Assembly: GCA_013265495.1 (NCBI GenBank)
Contig: MU058879.1
Span: 1,175,590 to 1,239,589 of the forward strand
Direction: 5' to 3'
DNA length: 64,000 bases
Origin: Vicugna vicugna
Taxonomy: Eukaryota
This document shows positions 23,751 to 35,975 of this stretch, in pieces. How positions within the stretch are numbered: the stretch's first letter is position 1; each line of letters starts with the position of its first letter. The position numbers and the translations under genes are program-made. The notes below the pieces were generated by a model, which did not search any database, was not told where the DNA came from, and worked only from the letters and a program-made list of their open reading frames with translations.

Positions 23751-23903
23751 TTTTTTTGTTATTGTTGGGTTTGTTTTCTTTTTTTTGCAGGGGAGAGGGG
23801 TAATTAGGTTTATTTATTTATTTTTAGAGGAGGTGCTGGGGATTGAACCCAGGACCTTGTGCATGCTAAGCATGTGCTCTACCATTGAGCTATACCCTTC
23901 CCC
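23751..23903 (-). mobile_element. Vic-1-like SINE, well preserved
   Basis: Minus strand reads ggggaagggtatagctcaatggtagagcacatgcttagcatgcacaaggtcctgggttcaatccccagcacctcc plus an A-rich tail; 16-bp TSD with one mismatch (23735-23750 and 23904-23919). Confidence 0.93.
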
Positions 23904-23991
23904 TATTTATCTTCTCTTTAATTGCTCCAGGAGGGCAGGCTAAAGAAATTGACCATGCAGTTATATGAACTTATCAAACATACACACATCT

Positions 23992-24019
23992 CACACACAC
24001 ACACACACACACACACACA
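23992..24019. repeat. (CA)14 microsatellite
   Basis: Directly visible. Confidence 0.97.
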
Positions 24020-24434
24020 TGCAAAAACACACTGCAAAAGAGAGGGGAAAAAAGACATTTTCATACAGGAAAAGAGGAAGTCATCCATGTACTCAAGAGT
24101 GACAGATTTCCTCAAGTTAACAGAAAAACTGCGTCCGTCAGCAGGTATTTAATAGGCGTGTGCACCGGCCCAGCCCAGGGTGAGATGCTTTCCACAGGGG
24201 ATATATGATTCTCCATGATGAAGGCTCTTCAGTAACACTTCTCCAGGTCTCATCCATTTCTCTTTCCCTCAGGGTCCCCTCTTACCTCTTCCCACTGAGT
24301 TCATTTCAGTAATAAATAAATACATAGATAAAACTAAAATTTTATAAAAGATTCTTCAAGGGGGAAGGAATAGGATTAAGTAGGCTCAGCAAATCTCAGG
24401 AAGTAAAGAGAAGAAATTACTAAGAATAAAGAGC

Positions 24435-24655
24435 CCCCAGTTCGAGATTTGCAGATACACACGACTATATATAAGATAGATAAACCACAAGTGTCTCCTG
24501 TACAGCACAGGGAACCATACTCAATATCTTGTAGTAACCTATGATGAAAAAGACTATGAAAGGGAATACAGGCATGCATATATATGACTGAACTATTATG
24601 CTGTACACCAGAAATTGACACAGCACTGTAAACTGACTATACTTCAAGAAAAAAA
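24435..24655 (+). mobile_element. Short L1 3' tail
   Basis: gagatttgcagatac...gtacagcacagggaaccatactcaatatcttgtagtaacc...actatacttc plus poly(A); 10-bp TSD aataaagagc (24425-24434 and 24656-24665). Confidence 0.9.
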
Positions 24656-24879
24656 AATAAAGAGCTCAGATAAAAATATCTTGTCCCCTTCAATCTGCTC
24701 TCCAAATTGCAACTAGGCAGATGACTCCACAGATCAAAGTGGATAATAACACTGATACATCAAATCTGATAATGATGCTGATAATGTTCATCAGAGCTGC
24801 CATTTACTGAGTCCTTAGCACATGCCAGGCATCATAGGAAATGCTTTCTGTACCTGACTGCCTCTCATCATACTTGTCC

Positions 24880-25315
24880 CCCATTGGAGTGGCTTTCCTT
24901 TGCCCTCAGGATAAAGTTCAAACTTTTATAACAGACTAGAGAAGACCTTGCCAAACCCCACCTCGCTCAGTCTCATTTCCCACGACCTAATGTTCCACAC
25001 ACCAACCTTCAAGGAAGTCCTTCAGTTCTTCTAAGACACCTGCTCTCTCCCACTGTAGGACCAGTCCTACTTAGTTTGAGGGCCTCAACTCCCACATCCC
25101 TTCCTCCAGGGGGCTTTTCCTGGCCCTGCGCATCCTGGTGAGTGGCCCCCCTGCAGCACGGAACCCCTGTGCTCACCGTCACTGCTGCGCTTGTTTGGCG
25201 GCCTCCATATTCTCCATTAGACCATAAATTCCATATGGACAGAGAGACTGAATGCCAGACTTACAGGTTGTTTCCAGTAAATATTTATAGAATTAATGAA
25301 TGGATAAATAAATTC
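24880..25315 (+). mobile_element. L2 3' region
   Basis: ctcaggataaagttcaaactttt...ccattagaccataaattccatatggacagagagact...taaatatttatagaattaatgaatggataaat. Confidence 0.7.
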
Positions 25316-27330
25316 CTATCTTTATGTATTGCTTAAAAGGAGAAGCAGCAGGAGTGACTCTCTTTGTCTATAATATAAGCCTACTTTCCCCTAAATGGGA
25401 GGATGGAATTCAGGGTCTCCGATATTCATGTCATACGAAGTCTGTTCCTACCCAGAGAACAGTGTGGTATTTCCCCTGTAGCCTAGCACAGCATTCTCTA
25501 AAATGGGCTGCGTAAGATGCTAATTTGTCATGCAAGAAAAAATATTGGGATGTTCATTTATATTTGTATAAAAATAAATTTGATAAGTATTTGCTATTTG
25601 AACTGACATTCATGCCCACTCTGATGTGTCTATACATCAGGCAGCCTTGAGTGGTGTGGTACCCACTGGATTCTGAGGGGAGGCAATGATGCTATACACA
25701 ACATGCCATTACTGCGGGCTCCATGCACGGATAGAATGGATTTATGGAGTCTGTTATCTGACTTTAGTTACACTAACCTTGCAAACTGGACCCCTTGTGT
25801 TTTTAAATTGCCACAAAACTATAGCTTGAAATTCATGCAGAAGAAAAAAAAACTACAGATCAAAGATGATGCCAGTAACGTAAGCACAAGCTGACATCCA
25901 CTCTTCCTAGCTTGAGCGCTTCAAGAGCACATTACTAACTAAAATAAGAACAATATAATTTTATATGGCAATAAGTCAACCAAAAATAATCAAAAAAATG
26001 TTTTAAGGCAGCTACATTCGTTGTCATAAATGATAAATTTTGCTCTGGGCATCGTGCTTGAGATGTTAACCGATGATAGTGGCACGTGCATATCATTTAT
26101 AAACAAACGTGTAGATGTGTGCGCAAGGGATGTTTTTTTCATTGAGACGTGTTCCATCAAAAGAAATTGAAGAGCATGGGTCCAGGAAGGTGCCAGTCCC
26201 CTCCTTCTTGTCCGTTTCACTTTCCACCCTGCCTCCCTCTGTTCTCCCAAAGCCTGAAGCCTGCTGCTCCTTTGAAGGCCACCTGATGGTCCGCCCAATC
26301 CTGCCAATCCTGCCACGCCTACCCACTTCTCACCCAGGCCAATCCTCTGCTGTCGTAGAAGCAAAGCCGGACTGAATCAATGGCAAGCTGTGGCTTATAA
26401 GTCCAAACTCTGAGGCACTGAAGAAATAGCTCCACTGGATACGCCCTTAATATCTGTATCGGTGCAAAACAGACAGCGGCAACCCCTGAACACAATGAAA
26501 TACAAGCCCGACTCCCTGTCCTCCAGGAACTGGTAAAGAGATACTGTGTAAACCAGCAAACAGTTAGGTTGATTTGTGTCACTAGTGTCCAAATCTTCCT
26601 TCTTTCTCCTGATCTCAAGACCAGTGAGCAGATCTGGAAGTTAGCGGGGGTCCTCAAACAGAGGAGCCCTCCCCATTTTCCACTCTGATATTCACTAGTG
26701 CCACTGCAAAAGCTTTCAGCCCACCACAGCAAATCCATTACAAAATCTCACGAAGGCCAAAACTATCAATAAATAATAGTTTACACTTTATGGGATCTGG
26801 ACTGAAACTTCAGGACCTATCAATATACAAGGTTTCGACGATGGTACTGAAACTCCCACAAACAGGACCGTCGTCTTGAGGAACAAATGGGGGTGTCCAC
26901 TGAGGGTTGTCCTAGAGGAGATTTTTTTAAGATCCTCACTTAAAATTTGACATATTAATGATCTACTATTCAACCCAACATTTCTTGCCGTGAGACTGTC
27001 CAAAGGGATTCGCTCACCATTGCCCTTGTCGGTTGGAAATGAATGAGTATTGACCACCGGTATTGATCTACTACTTTAGATAAAAACAATACTTTTCAAA
27101 GTAGACTCAAAAGAGTTTAAGGACGAAAGTAAAAATGTAACTTAGGCTGGTTACTGGGTGATTGATTCTGCTGCCATAGGACATAGCTTCCTGTGACACT
27201 GCTTATCTGGGCTCCGGAGTCGGCCCTCACTGAGCTGTGCATTATGTATGAAAGATTGATGTCGGTTTGAATATTTTGTTAGATTCACCTTTCAAGCCGT
27301 TTTACATAGCTGACTTACAGAAAAGACGAG

Positions 27331-27356
27331 TCCCCCTGAAGAATTCTTCAGGGGGA
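27331..27356. repeat. Perfect 26-bp palindrome with no spacer
   Basis: TCCCCCTGAAGAATTCTTCAGGGGGA equals its own reverse complement (checked base by base). Confidence 0.98.
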
Positions 27357-28117
27357 ATGTAACAATTGTGAATGTAAGGGATCTCTAATGATTTTGATCC
27401 ACCTGATGAAGCTAATTCCTGCTTTCTTTAGAATCAGAGAGCCAAAGTCAAGCCTGGTTCATTTGGACAGTATTTTTCCAAAAGAAATATCTTTTTTATT
27501 TGTCTATGTCACAAATATGCAGAATGAAAACTGGCTAACACCCTCTGAAGGCCAGGAAAAGAGAAAGGAGTCAGGTGTACATGTGCCGACAGATGTATCT
27601 CTTGGGAGTTGTAACATTTGACCTTTACATCCTGACCCACCTTCATTCAACCCTATTTATACATATCATTGTAACTAACTGAAATATATATTTTTAACGT
27701 TTGCAAGGGATTAGATGAAAGCCATACAAATGGCAGTGGACATACAGTGATATAATGCCTCCATCAGATTATGGGATGTGAATTCCCGATCTCTTTGTCC
27801 ACATAAGAACAGGGTCTGATGATGTAAAATGACAGCTGTTTTCATCTAGCTTTTCTTCCCAGTCTATCTCACACAACAGTCCATCATTAGAGATCATTAC
27901 TGTATTACTATTGTTAACAGGGAAGAATAAAGCCCGTGCCTTCGTCTTGCTTAGACATAATAAGTCTTATGGAACAAGAGTCCCCTAAAGGCCCTTCGCT
28001 TCTAAAAATGATTAAACTTCATTCAAATCACAGGCTGTAACCCACTTCTGGGCATAGTATCAAAGTCAGCTTCATAGGTGTGATCTAAGGCGGTGTACTA
28101 TTCCTGCCTCAGGTTTT

Positions 28118-28289
28118 NNNNNNNNNNNNNNNNNNNNNNNNNNNNNNNNNNNNNNNNNNNNNNNNNNNNNNNNNNNNNNNNNNNNNNNNNNNNNNNNNNN
28201 NNNNNNNNNNNNNNNNNNNNNNNNNNNNNNNNNNNNNNNNNNNNNNNNNNNNNNNNNNNNNNNNNNNNNNNNNNNNNNNNNNNNNNNNN
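28118..28289. other. N-run, 172 nt
   Basis: Directly visible. Confidence 0.99.
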
Positions 28290-28787
28290 AATGTGAAGGG
28301 CTTGGGGAACAGGAGAAAAATCTTTGAACAAGAATGAAAGCCCGTTGTTAACAATTAAACATTTCCCAACAGTCTTTCGAAACTTAGGAAAAAAAAATTC
28401 TACATGGTTATTTTAATAATTGTTCCCCAAATTACACCATTATCAGCAATGTATAGAAACTACAAGTTGTGATGATTGCAAAACACCTGGAGAATTAGAG
28501 CTATTGTTTTCGGGATATATTTATGTAGCAGTAAGGCCATCGTTGTCAATAACTGATAAAAATAAATGCAGAGAGCCCTGGTGTTCATTCTAATAATGAG
28601 AAATCCTTCTTAGTGTTCAGGAAAGGTCTTTGCCTCAGGCATTTACTCAGATGCCTGGATCCACCAACCTCGCCACGAATGTGTTAATTGACATGCTTGT
28701 ATAAATTTTAGTAAAGCCATAATATTTTTGCATGGCAACTATTAAAAATATTTTTTTCTCTTAATTTCACCAGGGAAGCTGAGACTC

Positions 28788-29279
28788 NNNNNNNNNNNNN
28801 NNNNNNNNNNNNNNNNNNNNNNNNNNNNNNNNNNNNNNNNNNNNNNNNNNNNNNNNNNNNNNNNNNNNNNNNNNNNNNNNNNNNNNNNNNNNNNNNNNNN
28901 NNNNNNNNNNNNNNNNNNNNNNNNNNNNNNNNNNNNNNNNNNNNNNNNNNNNNNNNNNNNNNNNNNNNNNNNNNNNNNNNNNNNNNNNNNNNNNNNNNNN
29001 NNNNNNNNNNNNNNNNNNNNNNNNNNNNNNNNNNNNNNNNNNNNNNNNNNNNNNNNNNNNNNNNNNNNNNNNNNNNNNNNNNNNNNNNNNNNNNNNNNNN
29101 NNNNNNNNNNNNNNNNNNNAGATGTTCCCGTTTTATGAAGACTAGTTNNNNNNNNNNNNNNNNNNNNNNNNNNNNNNNNNNNNNNNNNNNNNNNNNNNNN
29201 NNNNNNNNNNNNNNNNNNNNNNNNNNNNNNNNNNNNNNNNNNNNNNNNNNNNNNNNNNNNNNNNNNNNNNNNNNNNNNN
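28788..29279. other. Two N-runs (332 and 132 nt) separated by a 28-nt island (29120-29147)
   Basis: Directly visible. Confidence 0.99.
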
Positions 29280-30439
29280 CGTTTTAGCCTCTAGTGCCAC
29301 CCGAGCAAGAAGAGTCAAAAATCTTGGGAGGTCATGTTAAAAGCCTTTTATTCATAAAACGATTCCAGTAACAGGATGGGGGTGGGGGCATAACTCTCCG
29401 GAGCATTTGCAGTCCAATTGTTTGGTACAAGTAAACCCACGGAGAATCCAATGACTGCCTTATTTACCGAGCAGTAGGGCCTGATAAAGAAACAGTATTA
29501 AAACAGTAAGACTCTCTGAAATCTTTCTCCTTTTGTGGTCCACAGCCCAGAAATTTTCCATCTGTTACAATGAATTTAAAAACAAACTGTTGTGTTTTGC
29601 ACGTGTGTAGGTAAGGATGAGAAGCCCGAGCACACACATACAACAACACAGAGAACGTGCCATTAACACAGCACAGGAGTCTGTTGCCCACATAACAAAG
29701 CACGAAAAGATGGTCAAAGAGCAGCGCTAAGACCTTTTCCAGGGAACTGAACTCCTGAAGATGCCTCAGCTTTCTTTCTTCTCGTGTACTCCTCACTCAC
29801 ACTGGCAGAGTGGCAAGAATAAATATTTCGAACTCAAGGGTTCACCTAAAGAACTAAGATCTCTATGAAAACCACTTTTAGGTGTATTTTTCTCATCCAA
29901 GGAAGCCAGAAGGAACTGGATCCCCCAGGAGAAGCTGAACTGTACATGAAAACAAGTTAATTCTCATAAACATATAATTCTGCATCATTTTGCTTAGAAC
30001 CTCACATTTTTTAAAACATCCATTTCTTAAAACGGATTGAATCTGAGTTTGCTTCACTAAAACATTATTTCTTAAACAAAAACATCAGACATAGCAGAGA
30101 AGTGTTTTTGACTGACACAGTGAGGAGGGGGCCAGTTCCTTTGTGTGCTTACACGTTAACCATTGGAACAAGGGGAAAGAAGAGTTGCATTTCCCATTAT
30201 GGTCAACAGAAAGGGAAGGAAAAATGGAATAGAAATAGAAGCTTTTAATAAAAGGTCCCTTGAAAAATTATGTCAGTAAACGGGGTCATAGTTCAGGAAT
30301 TCAGGTTCAGGGTTCAGAACTCAGAGTTCAAAGATTGCGTAATGTGCTTTGGACTGAATCGTTTAAAAGGGGGGGTGGTTGTTTTCTGCAATAAATGAAC
30401 ACAGCTTGACGCACTGTTTCCGTGGCTTTTTCTTTTGTG

Positions 30440-30640
30440 AACAGCTGAAGCCTTGGGATCAGACTTGGTTTCAAATCCTGACTCTGTGCCTTACTGTCTG
30501 GACGACAATGAGCGAGGCAACCTCTCCACAGCTCAGTTTCCTAGTCTGTAAAACTGGAAGAAGAATAGTACTGATTTCCTAGTGTTGCTGGAAGAACCAC
30601 GTAAGGTGATGCGCTCGCAGTGCTTAGCCGGCACTCACGC
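30440..30640 (+). mobile_element. MIR SINE
   Basis: gggatcagacttggtttcaaatcctgactctg...ctcagtttcctagtctgtaaaactggaagaagaatagtac. Confidence 0.75.
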
Positions 30641-31441
30641 GTGTACCTGTTCGTCCTGCTATGGGCTTTCTTCTTACCAGAATAGGCAAGAGCACAATTC
30701 CAGACCCAGACGGAAGAGAAATGCCTCTCTTTTCACCCTCTTCTCAGGCACTTTGTTAAAACTGGAGCATGTCTTGTTTCTCAAATTGCCAGCCAATGTC
30801 GGCCCTTGACTGGTGGTAGGGCCACTTACAGATGCTGGAAGGGGTGCCCAGGCTCAGCAGCTGGGCTCTCCTGGAGTCCTGTGGAGCTCACGGTGTAGCA
30901 GTCTTTCTTCAGTCACCTCATCCTACAGGTGGTTCCACCGCTACCCCGTTCTTGGCTGCATACCCCAAACTCTGCATCCCCAGTGCTCAGGGGCCACCCC
31001 TCCAACCCAACAGAATGCCAGCACAGAAGGCCTCTGCTGACTGCACATACTCAGGGCAAGGAAATCAGACGGCATTCCTGATCATCGTCAGAACTTTGAA
31101 GGAATGCCTCTCAAAGGCCTCAAGCAGGGTCAAACAGTGCATTGCATGAATATCTCGCTCTTGAGCCCACATGCAACTGAATATTAGTGTTATCAGAAGT
31201 GAATACTTCTCTCTTTACTCCTTCATGTAGCAATAGGCAGAGAATCTAAGTCTGAGGAGCTGGAATCAGACTGGCACTATATTGCAGGAGTGCTTGGCAA
31301 AGCCGTCTGCTGTTTTAATTCTAACCAATTAGAAGAGCCAATCTTCTTTTCGTTCAGAAATGTAGTAAAAGATATCACATTCAAAGGCTGGACAGGCCCA
31401 CAATTAATTACTGGTGTCCAGCTAAAGGTCTACCATTAGCG

Positions 31442-31455
31442 ATTGCCATGACAAC
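31442..31455. promoter_or_regulatory. RFX X-box-like motif
   Basis: ATTGCCATGACAAC matches GTTGCCATGGCAAC at 12 of 14 positions, in unique sequence 22 nt from an N-run. Motif match only. Confidence 0.4.
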
Positions 31456-31477
31456 CTTTAGAAGGCCCCGGCCCACC

Positions 31478-31712
31478 NNNNNNNNNNNNNNNNNNNNNNN
31501 NNNNNNNNNNNNNNNNNNNNNNNNNNNNNNNNNNNNNNNNNNNNNNNNNNNNNNNNNNNNNNNNNNNNNNNNNNNNNNNNNNNNNNNNNNNNNNNNNNNN
31601 NNNNNNNNNNNNNNNNNNNNNNNNNNNNNNNNNNNNNNNNNNNNNNNNNNNNNNNNNNNNNNNNNNNNNNNNNNNNNNNNNNNNNNNNNNNNNNNNNNNN
31701 NNNNNNNNNNNN
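31478..31712. other. N-run, 235 nt
   Basis: Directly visible. Confidence 0.99.
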
Positions 31713-32884
31713 CATTTTAACTAATATCTTCAGTGTTGGTTTCTTGGAAGGGGGCTTGTTTACTTTCTTCTCCTTTTACTCAAGAGTCATTTATGAGCCT
31801 ACAGCATGTGATTTTAACATGGCCCGTCCGGGTGGCGTAAACCCACTGTCAGGCTCAACCGCAGCCACGACAAAGCAAGTGACCTTTAAAAATGATAGTT
31901 TGAAATGGCCCCATGGTGACGGTGAAGAGGTGCACAAACAGCAAAGAGAACGGAAGGACCCTTTCTCCCGTCTCACTAAAGAAAACCTTGATTGAAAACA
32001 AGAGCCCACAGAGGAAAAGCCCTATGAAACAGAAGAGCCGGGAAATGAAAGAAATTACTGGGAGGTTGGCACGGGAAGCTTGGCCAGAAAGAGCGGGCCA
32101 CGGACTCTGTGAGATCCGACAGGATGCAGCCGCAGGACCCACGAAGGGAAGCTTGAGAAAACCTGGTCCATGTTTCCCAGCTAAGGCTGACCTTTGCCTC
32201 TGAACACATCAGGATACTAGGAGCCGAGTGGAGAGAGGCCCGCAGCGCTGGATCCTACGCTGCATCTTCCGACGCGGAGGAAGATGGGGGCGTGGGCATC
32301 AGCACAGGTTCATCTAAGAAGTAAAGTCTACGTGGTCTTTAGAATCTCACTGCAGAGTCATTGTAGTTATTTCTAGAAACGGCAAAACTCAAAACGCAAA
32401 GCCAAATGGATGGCCTGGAGAATTCCACTGAGATTCTTCTCAGAGCTGATGGAAACTGGAAGCCTCTGTTTGCCCGCTGGTTCAGTCCTGAGCCAGAAAT
32501 AGGACTTGATTCTGAGCTTCGCCCTTCCTGTCTTGGTAACTAAGTTTCCAAGAACTGATGGGACAAATGGTCTCATGCTTGTTACTGACTTTCTCTCTAT
32601 GCAAGAGGTTTTCTAAGCAAAGGATCTTAATCTTCCCACAAACAAGTAAGATCCAGTTTTCTTTTTATTTTAAAAAGACCCAGTGAGAGCTGAGAGAGTG
32701 TTCCTTTCACAGTAGACCTCTTCTTAGTTGGGGAAGATGGTGGCAAAACCACCATTTGCTTGTTCATGAAAGGAAATGTAAGTCGTCTTAAAATAAAATC
32801 TATACACATCCCAAATTCACTCTGGGAGCTACCGTATCAGCCTCATATTGTTCAGAATGGGACTGAGGCCAAGAACAAATAACT

Positions 32885-33032
32885 NNNNNNNNNNNNNNNN
32901 NNNNNNNNNNNNNNNNNNNNNNNNNNNNNNNNNNNNNNNNNNNNNNNNNNNNNNNNNNNNNNNNNNNNNNNNNNNNNNNNNNNNNNNNNNNNNNNNNNNN
33001 NNNNNNNNNNNNNNNNNNNNNNNNNNNNNNNN
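32885..33032. other. N-run, 148 nt
   Basis: Directly visible. Confidence 0.99.
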
Positions 33033-33979
33033 ATGGAAAATGTATAAAATGTGCAAAATGTGCAAGAAAAATCACTTAAAAGTCCAAGGAAATTTTAAAG
33101 TCTCAACTGAACTGAGAAAATTACCTATCTTTTCAATCTTTTCTCTTCTAAAGTGTTGCAGAACTAGTAGGAAACAACAAGAGAGCCACTCGTTTGAAAA
33201 CAAAAACCTTCCAGATGAAAATGCCCATGTGTTTATCAAAGAACAAGACACTTTCTTTGTGTTGGGAAATTTTATCTATTAGTTTGTAAAACTCTCCTTT
33301 TCCGTAAGCCATAGGAAGAGAGCAAAAAAAAAAATTTTTTTTACTACAGCATCCATAACAAGATAACATCAGTAATAGTAACATAAATGGAAGTTAACCA
33401 CAAAGCACGGAACAAACCACATCACAGCCCCAGCGGAGTAGGCCAGGTTAATTAACTGACGTGCCAGCATGAAGAAGTTGAACAGTGCCCAGGAATTTCT
33501 CCAATGGCTTTGCCAGAGCACAGAATGGGCAACCCTGAAAGGTATTTCAGTTGTTCCAAAAGCTGCTGTGGCTAGTTACTCATTAAAGACAGAGGTTCCA
33601 TGGGGAAGATGCAGAGATGGTCCCTGTCTAATATTCTCTATGTTAGTGGAACCACTTTAGGAATCAAAGATTTATCCCAAGAGTCACCTTTCCCAGCAAG
33701 GCTTTTCTAGTCCTCCCTCCCTCTCTCAAATACTGATGAGCTACGCCTTCGTTGTCATCCCGTGACATCATGTGCCTGCCTCTGGCTTAACTCTTTGCCT
33801 TTGTGTTGGCATCCTGTCCAGTCCTTTTCCAAACCAAAGTCGGTTTATTTGTCCATCAATAGCAAGACACAGAAATTAGGTTTACTCAAAGGGACCCACT
33901 TAACAGTTGAAAAATATTTCTACCAATGTTTTGTAATCTTCTGATTATACGCCTGCCTCCTCGACCCGTCTACGAGCAT

Positions 33980-34078
33980 CGGAAGACAAAATGCAGGTCC
34001 CCATAATACCCACTAGCATGCCTGACACACAGCAGATGCCCAACAACTGTTTGACGAATGAATGCGTGAATGAATGAC
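33980..34078 (+). mobile_element. L2 3' tail
   Basis: gcatgcctgacacacagcagatgcccaacaactgtttgacgaatgaatg. Confidence 0.6.
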
Positions 34079-35839
34079 ACTCATCGTATTCTGACATGGT
34101 AAAATAGCAGGGAAGCTTCTCATTTACCTTTCCTCCACCTGCTTCACAAGTTGAGTAGGACTAGGTCATTTTGGGAGATTAGCATTTTGGTAAAGAATGT
34201 GTGCCTTGGGAAAATGCCACCAGCAGCCAGCTCTTCAGAGAAGTTCTGCCTATCCAGGTAATAATGAGTTTACATTATTAGCAAATGATATGTCCCTTGT
34301 GGTCCTGACAGAGTTTATCACTCTTTCTCCTACCCAGGGTCTTTTGGCTTCTGAAGGCACCAGAAGAAGGAGATGAAGGATGGTTTGTGAAGCCCGAGAG
34401 AGGAGCAGAGGTAAAATCAGGGACATCTCACTGGGGACTGATGGAGACTTGCCTGGACACCAAAGCAACGGCCCTCATTGTTCACAGTGACCTGAGAACT
34501 TTCTTCCACTTCCTGAAGAGCCGACCTCAACTGTGATGTAACACTGGGAAAAACCTCAGCCTCAAGCCAAAAGCCACATGTAAGGTCATTCTGGGCTGAC
34601 AACTCCTAAGCCAATCACAACAGCCTCTTAATTTTGGCTTGTGACATTCCAGGGTTCTGGAGCACCCTTAGTGTGGAAACAAAAGGAAAGATAAGGCTGC
34701 CTGTGATTGATAGGTACTTCAAAGGCCTGTGCCTCGCCACATAGTTAATCTTTTTGATATGACCTTTCTTCACATTTCTTTATTTTTAAGTCACCAAGGC
34801 ATTTCTCTGAAAAATCACCTGTTGCAAAAGGCCCCAAAGCAAGTATAAAGGAGAGAATGAAATCATTTATCAAAACTATGAATTTGCAATTGATAATAGC
34901 CAAGACACAATTTAAGGAGATAGCTTTTTACCATTGACCCTCTGTCAAAATAAACTTGGAGAAGATAATGACTGTAATTAACACAATAGTTAATTTTATT
35001 TTGCCATGAGATAAGGTTCAGTTTGATTTCTGGTTAAGTAAAAATCAATACCAAAGCTTTCCCTTCGTAGCTGTCGATTATTATAAATTTAGACTCAGGA
35101 CATGTATGAGTTCCTCAGTTGTTGACTTTCATTGGGAAAACACTGTATCCACCCTTGAATGTTCAACACAACCCTCAACTCTTTCTTCTGATCTCCAACT
35201 ATGGTTCCTCCACCTCCTCAGTAAGGAAGGTTGACAGTGTATTCTACTAAGCCAAACACAAAAATATTAGTATGTAGGATGTATTTTCTGGATGAAGATG
35301 TTAGTTTTCTTGCTGGAAGAGCCCCTGAGCCTGAGCGCTGTTTGATGATGGTCATCCAAGAATCACACGATCCAGCAGCAGCTGAAACTCCTCTCACAAA
35401 CAAACCTCAGGAGAGATCATATTCTCCAAGTCAGAGTTTAATAATAATCCTGCAGTCAGTTGAGGAATTGGTGCTTTGTCAGACTAATAAGCTTCAAGTT
35501 TAGGGGGCATGCTTGAACACACATGTGTCTGTTGGGGAGCTCTTGGCATCCATTTAGCCTGCAGTGAGGGTCCAAAAACATTATAAATGGGGCAGAAGGA
35601 AATACACATACTGCATTTCTTTAGTAATTGAAGCAATTAGATAACCTCACGTTCCTGGATGCTCATAGCACTCCTCATTAAATTTGACTATGTTTATAAA
35701 TGTATTGTGCCAACTCTACCTTTTGAAAAAGAAGATAAATAAAAGACTTTGGTAATCAAAGTTCAGTTGGGAGGTGAGAAGTGTGCCACAGATATGGAGG
35801 TCTTCAGTTCTCTTCTGGTTTTATATCAAAATAGACTGT

Positions 35840-35975
35840 GATTGAATCTGCACTTGAGAAGAGGCTAGGTGACCTTGAGACAATTATACCTCTTCTCTTG
35901 GCTCAGTTTCCTTTTCAAGAAATGGGGGGAGGGGGCAGGTAAGATGACCACTAGGTCACTTCCAGCTCTGACATT
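35840..35975 (+). mobile_element. MIR/MIR3 fragment
   Basis: ggtgaccttgagacaattatacctcttctcttggctcagtttcc...taggtcacttccagctctgacattc. Confidence 0.65.

Noticed and set aside
26780-27060. Protein-like reading frames and a short internal repeat (actgaaact...caggacc), considered as an exon or viral fragment
   Set aside because: No recognisable family, no convincing splice sites, and stops nearby.
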